NCBI RefSeq assembly: GCF_006345805.1
Contig: NC_043005.1
Span: forward strand, 86,614,001-86,678,000
Length of the DNA stretch: 64,000 bases
Origin: Octopus sinensis
Taxonomy: Eukaryota
Reading direction: 5' to 3'
The translations under genes were made by a program, and so were the position numbers. This document shows positions 54,909-64,000 of the stretch, one piece after another; position 1 is the first letter of the stretch; each line of letters opens with the position of its first letter. The notes beneath the pieces are model-generated. The model was not told the origin of the DNA, ran no database searches, and saw only the letters and a program-made list of their open reading frames with translations.

Positions 54909-54973
54909 TAATTTACCCTGCTATGTATTGAGTACCTTTTTTACTGTGGTTAACCCCGACTCAACCCGGGACC

Positions 54974-55021
<48 letters not shown>

Positions 55022-55677
55022 TAACACGGATTTACATGTTTCAATATATTACGGCCGTTTCAAGCAGCTCCATTTAATTTATCAATGAAATCATTAAATC
55101 AATTTGAAAGCTGTTCTCTTTAGTTGCAGATGACCACATAGATTTCAAACGTAAGCGATAAACCATGTTAAACAAATTTACATCTATCGCAGCAAGACAA
55201 AATAATTCCATTGTTTCCTTATGTTATATCTGTGCCAGAATGAATTTCGAAAATAATGCATATCTTATTGAGCCTACAATATTTTACAGAGTAGCAGAGG
55301 AAAAAAAAGTTGGGGTCAGATAGGGGAGTGGTGAGGTAGTTATTTATATTTAGAAGACTTTATGAAGCATGTAGTCTTCACCCATTTAGAATTAAAACCA
55401 TTGGGAGTTGTCAACTGTATTCTAGTTGATGGTCATAAATCAATTAACGTCAGACAATCTCCCAGACCCTCATTGTACTGGAACCGTATATCTAGCTTTA
55501 TCTACTGAAAAAGTTATGTCGCAGAGTCGCTAGTAAAAGACTGACTAATGGTGAAGAGATGGTAACTAGAAGATGGAAGCTCTAAACCAAACTGGCAAGA
55601 TGCCTCAGTTTAAATACCTAATTCAACTGAATATTATATATATATAATATTCAGTTGAATATTATATATATTATATA

Positions 55678-55780
<103 letters not shown>

Positions 55781-55921
55781 TTAGATATGTATATGTATAT
55801 ATATATGTATGCATTTATATACACACACGCACACACACATAGATACATAGGTAGGTAGGTAGGTAGGTAGGTAGGTAGGTAGACATATAAATAGAGAAAA
55901 TAGACAGATTGATCGATCGAC

Positions 55922-55988
<67 letters not shown>

Positions 55989-58685
55989 GGGACAGGTAGA
56001 TAGATAGACTGATACATTTATTGATCGATTGATAGAGATAGATAGATAGACTGATAGATAATAGATTGATCGATAGAAAAATAGATTGAGTGATTGATAT
56101 GGGTGTATACACTCAGTCACACATTTATATGCATTTGTGTGTGTGTATATAAATGTATACTTTATACATCTGTTTGAGTGCAGTATTCCCCACTGCGTAT
56201 GTGTGTGAATGTGCGTATAGGCATGTATGTATGTGTGCTTGTAAGCATGTGTGCATGTATGTATATGTGTACGTATGTATGTGGGCATATATATACATAT
56301 AGCTAAAGTCAGACACGTTCAAAGAAAACAGGAGATAAAGAATATTAAAGACAAACAGGATTCCATTGCCACTGATATATACGTTGTTACCAACTCATGC
56401 ATATACACAATCTGAAATATTTATTATCAAGTAAACGGATCGTATTTCCACAATATAGATTATATATCCCTTTAATTATTATTGTCTTCAGCTAAAGTTC
56501 AAAGAAATTTCGAGTATAATGTCGATGTATTATTGATAATTTCTTTCTGTGTTTCACTTAGAATTCTTCACCTCTTGCATGTTCCCTCTAAATAAAAAAA
56601 CCTTTTAAACATTCATAATTTATAATCTTTAAACAATGTTGTGTTTTATTTTCGGGAATTACATATGAAGCGACTTACTCTACTCTGTCTATTTAGTGTC
56701 AATCTGGAGCAAATATCTTCCCCATTCTTTGTCTCGTGAAGACACAAGACCTGGTTTGTTGTCTGTTGCACGCACAGTCGCAAGATTTGCAACTTTGGTT
56801 TCTGGATTGTACACTGCGCTGTGTTCTGTAGCAGGGCGTTCCATTTCAAGTTACTTCAGTTCGATCGCCCCTAAAGGAGAGACCACGCGATGGACAGGAG
56901 TTACATTTAGTTGGGATGTCCTGACGTTGGTCAGTGAAATATCATCGAAATCGAATGACTGGCACTTTAGATCCTAGGACTCGAGACAATAAGGTTCAGT
57001 TGACTACATCAATTTTACTCTTCTATCCATTGTATCTCTCAGAAACAATGTCCTGCGTGCTCAGTTGCTGCCGGAACTCTTTCCATAAAGGATGGTTCGT
57101 AGGATCATGGGCTACCATTGGTTGATTACATATCCAGCCAACGACTCTACTCAAAATTGAGGATGTGCTCTACTACTTATAAGATGCGGGGGTGTAATTT
57201 CAAACCGGTTGACCATGTTGCTCGATTTCCGAGATAGACCCGTGTACCAGGTCCCCAACTCGTGTTGGGTTCACGACTCTTAGTCAGGGAAGATGAGAAA
57301 GTCTGACTGGGGATCTGCTCAACGGACCACTCGAGAGGACTTGGGAACATGCCAACAAATGATGAATGCAGCAACGTGCTGCAACGGTGCATGCTCCCAC
57401 AGGAGATCCTTGTAAATATATTGTACGAATTATATTGCAATTACTAGAATGTTACCCCAGACTAAGAAACTCTGAAAGTACATTTTTGCCAATATGAGAA
57501 ATATCAGGAAATATATCATTACATATGGCATTAGATTTGATCAAATTTGCTGTTGCTCAAACCAAATGACGAAATGAATGTTAATTTTCAAGAGAAAGGT
57601 AGTTATAACATTAGCTTCAAATTTTGACACAAGGGCATTTAGTTCGGGGCCACGCTGGAGCATCGCCTTTAAAGCTAATGCTTGTTGATTTCAGACTCAA
57701 CTTCCGGTTCAATCAGTGGAATCGATCCTGGTCAATCCTGGTGTAGTATTGAGTCATATAGAACTGCACTTCCTTGTGTCTCTTTTGATGTGGTTATAAC
57801 AAAAATTAGTCGAATTATTCTCTGAACACACATATCGAGACCCTGCAGATCTTTGACACCTTTTGGCCGGGCCTTGTATATTTGCCGGACTTTCAACTCC
57901 TGCCTGTTACACTATTTGCACTTTTACACTGGATGGAAAGTATGGGATGCTTGGCCCCATTCGGTGACATCCAGTTCGATGAATGATATAGCTTTCAATC
58001 TCAAATTTAAGTGCTAGATGTTCCATGATCTCCCGACCCCCATATATATATATGTTATAATCCTTATAATGTTGGATTGATATGACGCCTACTTCGGTAT
58101 AATGTATAATTGGTAAAACCTGTAAAGACACGACTGTCTCTGACCGCCAACTACGTATTCTGGTACTTCACGTACTTCTCTTTACTTATTTTTGTTTTTG
58201 CAACTTCAGCAGTCCTGCCAACAACTTTCCCATATTTCTACGATTTTTCATTAAATTTATACACAACTTCGTGAACTCACTAACTCCTCATCGAGTTTCT
58301 ATTAACTCCACGCGAACTGGTTTATCCTAGTCGCCCCTGTTATAATCCTTAAAAATTGGATTGTTATAACGCCCACTTCGGTATAGAGTATACGTAATAA
58401 AACTAGTACAGGCACCACTATATCTGGCCGCCTAATACGTGCTCTGGTACTTTACGTACTTCTTTTTACTTATAATGAATAGGTTATTCCACTCGTCACA
58501 TGGAAAGAATATACTATTATTACTAATTCCCTACAACAATATATATATACATAGACATGCAGGAAGTAAATAGATATATTTAATTTTCAAAATTTCTGAT
58601 ATATGTCTTAATACATAGAATTTACAATGCAATTATTTTTCTTCATTCCAGGTACACTTATATTAAAAATTTGCGAAGAGTAACC

Positions 58686-59040
58686 ATACCAAGCACAAAA
58701 AATTCAGCAGAACTCTCAAATTTTCAAAGAGGTCTTATTGTTCGGCATTGCCGAAAATCTTCAAATTTCTCTTGCTACTGTTAATAGAATTATAGTGTAA
58801 TTCAAATGCCAACGGAAAGAATGAAAAAATTCTCCTCCCGGCCGACCTGAGCCGTCAGAAAGAAGCTTCGCGGTTTGAAAAGAATTGTGGAAAATGAACC
58901 AGTTCGGGGTTTCTGATATTACAAAGCAGCTAGAAGTTAGTCCAAGAACCTCTGTTACATATCTGCATAAGCTTGGGTATAATGGACGTTTAGATAGAAG
59001 AAAACCTCTCCTTCAACTAATTGATATCAAATAAAAGATT
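58686..59040 (+). mobile_element. Tc1-like transposase N-terminal remnant
   Basis: ELSNFQRGLIV, ISLATVNRII, PGRP, LKRIVENEP and TYLHKLGYNGRLDRRKPLL, with frameshifts. Confidence 0.7.
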
Positions 59041-59084
59041 TTGAAAATTCAAGCTTCTATTTACTTCCTGCATATTTGTATATA

Positions 59085-59336
59085 TATATATAATTAAGAG
59101 AAATAACCTCTATTAAGTATTTCAATAGTGAAAGATATTATCTATATCAAATCATATAGAAAACATTTAAATATACTATATTAAAGATTATTCATAAAAT
59201 CACTATATTAAATACTTAATTTAGTGATTTTATAAATAATATTTATTATAGTATATTTAAATTTTTTTCTATATGGTGTAGATAATATCTTTCACTGTTG
59301 AATTACTTAATAGAGGTTATTTCTCTTAATTATATA
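59085..59336. mobile_element. ~250-bp AT-rich foldback element (MITE-like)
   Basis: TATATAATTAAGAGAAATAACCTCTATTAAGTATTTCAATAGTGAAAGATATTATCTA pairs with its mirror ending at 59336. Pairing continues almost to the centre near 59215. Confidence 0.8.
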
Positions 59337-59436
59337 CATATATTACATATTGTGAAATTTGATTTAGAATTGCTAAATTGAATTTTCCCACTGTAAGTTT
59401 AATATTATTATTATTATTATTATTATTATTATCATT

Positions 59437-59972
59437 GAGTGAGAGAGCAGTTCATGCCATCAAAGTGACACTGGGGTAAAATATACGAAGCCCAATATAA
59501 CCATCATGACTACCCGTCTGATAAAGGTACACCAGGCACATGCATCACAACCATATGTGCGCGACGACATTGTGATCTCATATCAAGATAAACAAAACAG
59601 CACATGACCTTGCAGGTGGGGCCCAGTTAGAATTTTCTTCAGGTTGAGTAGCCCATCTCGCTCAAACGGACCCTGAATAAGGGTGTTTTAAGCTGTTGAA
59701 AGAAACCACCCATGTTTCCAGAGGTGAACTATCAAACCCCAAAGACTCCCTCTCAACACATGGCTATGATGCTCCCCCACTACTTCAGCTAGTGATCAGA
59801 GATGCACATATCGTCAGCCACTAAGGGACATCTCAACTGGTTATGTCAACAACTGACAAGCAAATCTGTGGTATTGAGCAGAATATTTGCTGTAGCCCAT
59901 CTTTTATATGATAACACTTCCAATCAGTTACGATCAGAAGCCATACGAGAGCCACTGCCTGTACTGCATCAG

Positions 59973-59973
<1 letters not shown>
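59437..59973. mobile_element. ~540-bp non-coding interspersed element embedded in (TAT)n, copy 2
   Basis: Matches 38127-38682 with small indels, with TAT repeats on both sides. Confidence 0.85.
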
Positions 59974-60015
<42 letters not shown>

Positions 60016-60234
60016 TATATTATTATTATTATTATTATATTATTATTAATATTATTATTATTATTATTAATTATATTATTATTATTATTATTATATTATA
60101 TTATTATATTACTACTACTACTACTACTCTCTACTACTACTCTACTACTACTACTAGTACTACACTACTACTATTAGCTATTAGTATTATTACACTATTA
60201 CTCTCTTATATTCATTATTATTTAGATTATTCCT

Positions 60235-63200
60235 ATTATTACACAATCTATTTACTTGTATCACGCCTGTTTGTAGGCAATACACATCTGCCGGGGCACA
60301 CACCCCGCGACCTACAGACTAGGAAGGGTGTGAGAGGGGGGAGTGTGGGGGACAGCCCTGAAAGCGGGGGGAGGGGAAGTAGAGATATATCTCCAGGTAA
60401 TGCAAACACAGACAGGTACATTGATAGGGTTTTTCTAAGGATGTGGGCAGTACTTTTTAGCACAATCTTTTGGATTTCCTTGAACATGGTTTTCCAGGAG
60501 AGGGGGTTAGGGGTTCTGACAGCCCTTTTGGGGGACATCTTCACATACCGAGGGCGCCTATCGTAAGGGCAAGCACTCGTTTCTGGCTTTTCCAGATGTC
60601 AAGGGCATCCTCTGTATTTCGATTTCCAGTCCTTATATTTACTAAGTTTGTCAAATTCCTTGACAGATACATTTTTATCAGTGGGGACGCTTACTTCTAT
60701 TAGTCTGCAGGTATTTTTCTTCCCTGTCTTTAACAATATGTCTGGTCGATTAGCCTTGATCGTTCTGTCAGTGTTGACTGGAAAATCCAGAGGATGGTGA
60801 CATCTTTACCTTCAACAACTGGCTGAGGATGGTGTTCATACCAGTTAGCAGGAGTGTCGGATTTGTAGTGTTTACATATCTTCCAATGTATATACTGTCC
60901 TACCCTATCGTGGCGATTTTTGTATTCGTTTGGTGTCAGCACAGGACATCCCGAAACGAGATGGTCTATCGTTTCGTCAATGTGTCGCAGAATCTGTATT
61001 TAGGGTCAGTACCGTTTCGGAGAACGTTAGCCTGGTAATTTCTGGTAAACAAGCTTTGATCTTGTGCTGCCATTATGAAACTTTCAGTCTCTGCTTTCAA
61101 TCCAGAGCTCTTCAGCCACTGATGGGTTGTTGCTTGGTCTACATCAGCATTTTGGCTTCGGAGAATATATTGTCCATGCAGGGGCTTCTGGCTCCACCGC
61201 CTCTCAATTTGATTCTGCCCGTTCTTTTTTGCAGTCTGCTTGATTCGCTTTGCTTGCTTGGTAGCAGTGGTTTCCGCTCTTCTTCTCTGATTCAAGGTTA
61301 ATGTCTGTAGTTCCCTTCGAACTTATAAGCTTCCTTGACAATAGAATGCAGCTTTTTGTTGCTTTCGTGTTCGCACACAAGTCGCAGCATCCAGTCCTTT
61401 GTACTAGATAGGTACCTGTTCATTCCTACAGTAGAGGTCTTATAGCACAGCTCTAATTGCATCATTCCTCTCCCCCCCTGCTTCTAGGTAGGTACAAGCG
61501 GTCTACATCTGCCTTAGGTGGTGCATGCTCTTGGATGTCAGTAACTTTCTTGTCTTCCTGTCTAAGCGTTGGAGTTCCGTAAGGTTCCAGTTAATGATAT
61601 TAAAACTGTACTGGACTACTGGAAGTGCCAGGGTGTTAATGCCTCAATGCAATTTTTGGAGTTGAGTTCAGTCTTCAGTACAAGCCTTATTCTCCTATAG
61701 TTTCCTTTCTTATTTTTTTCCGTCATAGTAGCATGATGTATACCATCTCCTTCGTTGATTCCTAGGTATTTGTAACTTTCCTGTGGGTCAAGTTCCTTGA
61801 TGGTAGTGTCAATATCTAATTTAACAGAAGCTGTTTGCCTGAGCTTGCCTCTTACAAAGTTGCTTTAGCACACTTATCAAGGCCAAAATCCATTCCGATA
61901 TCATTGCTAAACTCTTTAACAGTTGTTAGCAGCCCTTCTAGCTCTTGGTCATTCCTGGCAAACAGCTTTAGGTTCGTCCATATAGAAAAGATGGTTTATT
62001 AACTTACTAAAAACTTTGTACCCATATCTGGTACTATCCAATTCGTTTGAGAGTGGGATCAGTGCCATGCAAAAAAGTAATGGAGAGAGGGAGTCACCTT
62101 GAAAGATGCCTCGTTTGATGTTGATGCTGTTGGACTGGCTCATCCCATTACTATGGCTTAGAAAGAGACGTGTGTTCCACATGGTCATGCTATTCTCTAA
62201 GAATTTTGAGACGACAGGAGAGATCTTGTATATCTCAAGGGCCTTGAGTATCCATTTATGTGGGACACTGTCATACGCTTTCCTGTAGTCTATCCATGCC
62301 ATACTCAGGTTTTTGTTTTTGCTCCGGCAATTCTCTACAATCATTCTGTTTATGAGCAATTGGTCTTTGCACCCATAAGAGTTTCTTTTACGACCTTTTT
62401 GAGCTTGTGGAAGGGTAGAATTTTGTTCAAGGAAAGCGTACATTCTCTCCGTTATTATGGATGTGAGGATTTTGTAGGTGGTGTTGAGACATGTTATTGG
62501 CCGGTAATTCTTTGGGATTTTGTGTCTTCGGTTTTAGGTAATAGGTAGGTGGTTCCTTCAGTCAGCCAAGCAGGTATTTGCTCTGGGTTCTGAATGACAT
62601 CAGACAGAGATGCAGCGAGATGTTCGTGTACCTCTGTCAAACAATTCAGCCAGAAGTTAGGGATCCGATCCAGTCCTGGGGTTTTCCATTTATGAGCCTT
62701 CCTAAGGACATACCTTAGCTCCTCTATTCCTATTGCTTCCCATTTCTGTTCTTCAAGATCATCCAGTCTCTCTTTCTCACGTTCTATCCAGTCAGCCTCA
62801 GCATTAAACTCTTTTTCGTTGCTCCATACCTTCTTCCAGAACTCCTCCACTTCTTCAATCTTAGGTGGATCTATGTGTATTTTATTTTTGCCTATAAAAT
62901 TTCTTTGCATCTGTCTTAAAAAATTTATTTTGTCGATAAAATTTGTTTCTTTTGTCATACCTTCTAAGCCGTTGAGCTTTCAACTGTATCCGTTGTTTCA
63001 ACAGTTCCTTAGTTGCAGGGAGGTTTATGAGATCTTTGATTTTATATTTTTGCTTGATTTTTCTAGCTTTTCTCGGCTTAATATTCACTCCTCTAGCAAG
63101 CTCATCGAGAACTGAAACATCCGCCCGCAGAGATTCAATCTCTTTTTGTATCGCTACTTTCCACTTAGGAGGTTCATTGACATGCCTGGCTTTTCTTTGT

Positions 63201-63488
63201 CATCTTAATACCTAGTTGGGTAGTTACTACTTTAGCAGTGGAATAAATGAGATTATTTAAGGTTGTCAAATCATTCCCCTTATTTCTTAAGATCTGTCCT
63301 AGGGCAACGTTATATGTCATGATTGTGTTGTTATTTCTTGTGCCATTTGAAAACTTTGATAGTGGTTCTCTATTAACCATGTCAGTGAGCTCAATCTTGC
63401 CGAGTTCTCTCATAATGTCCACTTTTGCTTCCATAATCTTTTCTCTATTATTCACCTCAAATTCTATGTCATATCTATTTTGGTTTTC

Positions 63489-63494
<6 letters not shown>
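60235..63494 (-). mobile_element. R4/Dong-clade non-LTR retrotransposon, 5'-truncated and frameshifted (RT, CCHC, RLE)
   Basis: PPKWK, EEFWKKVW, KWKTPGLDRI, NYRPITCL, AWIDYRKAYDSVPH, GIFQGDSLSPLLF, NHLFYMD(D)LKLFA, RFC..TIDHLVSGC, RHDRVGQYIHWKIC, ANRPDI, DKLSKYKD and EIQKIVLKSTAHILRK. TAA-rich arrays abut both ends. Confidence 0.9.
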
Positions 63495-63528
<34 letters not shown>

Positions 63529-63539
63529 GTAGTAGTATT

Positions 63540-63576
<37 letters not shown>

Positions 63577-63776
63577 GTATTAGTATTATTATTACTATTA
63601 TTAGTATTAGTATTAGTATTAGTATTATTATTATTAGTAGTAGTATTAGTATCATTATTATTATTATTATTATATTAGTATTATTATTATTATTATTATT
63701 ATTATATTATTATTATTATTATTAGTATTAGTATTAGTATTATTATTATTATTATTATTATTTTAGTATTAGTATT

Positions 63777-63819
<43 letters not shown>

Positions 63820-63853
63820 GTATTAGTATTATTATTAATATTATATTATTATA

Positions 63854-63885
<32 letters not shown>

Positions 63886-63906
63886 GTATTAGTATTAGTA
63901 TTATTA

Positions 63907-63938
<32 letters not shown>

Positions 63939-63969
63939 GTATTAGTATTATTATTATTATTATTATTAC

Positions 63970-64000
<31 letters not shown>
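63495..64000. repeat. (TAT)n array interspersed with TAG
   Basis: Direct reading; runs to the window end. Confidence 0.95.

Overview
AT-rich, microsatellite-saturated eukaryotic DNA made almost entirely of transposable-element debris. The SINE sequences resemble those I associate with Octopus (coleoid cephalopod) genomes; this is an inference from memory and was not searched. I recognise no intact host protein-coding gene, rRNA, tRNA gene or CRISPR array. Most ORFs in the supplied track are translations of (TA)n, (CA)n, (TAT)n or (CTA)n runs. Recognisable elements are: a 3.3-kb 5'-truncated R4/Dong-clade non-LTR retrotransposon (RT, CCHC, restriction-like endonuclease) sitting in TAA microsatellite, plus four more Dong fragments; four Penelope-like element (PLE) remnants (GIY-YIG); CR1-group, RTE and HERO/R2-type LINE fragments; a full-length decayed mariner with TIRs and TA target site; a Chapaev3-like and a Tc1 transposase remnant; several tRNA-derived SINE families; and several MITE-like hairpins. 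The most notable structures are two large inverted-repeat PLE units (arms about 1.17 kb and 453 bp). The smaller unit carries a complete minimal hammerhead ribozyme in each arm. Further hammerhead-like motifs occur elsewhere, one inside a perfect 63-bp foldback. A roughly 550-bp non-coding element occurs twice, embedded in TAA repeats like the Dong copies.
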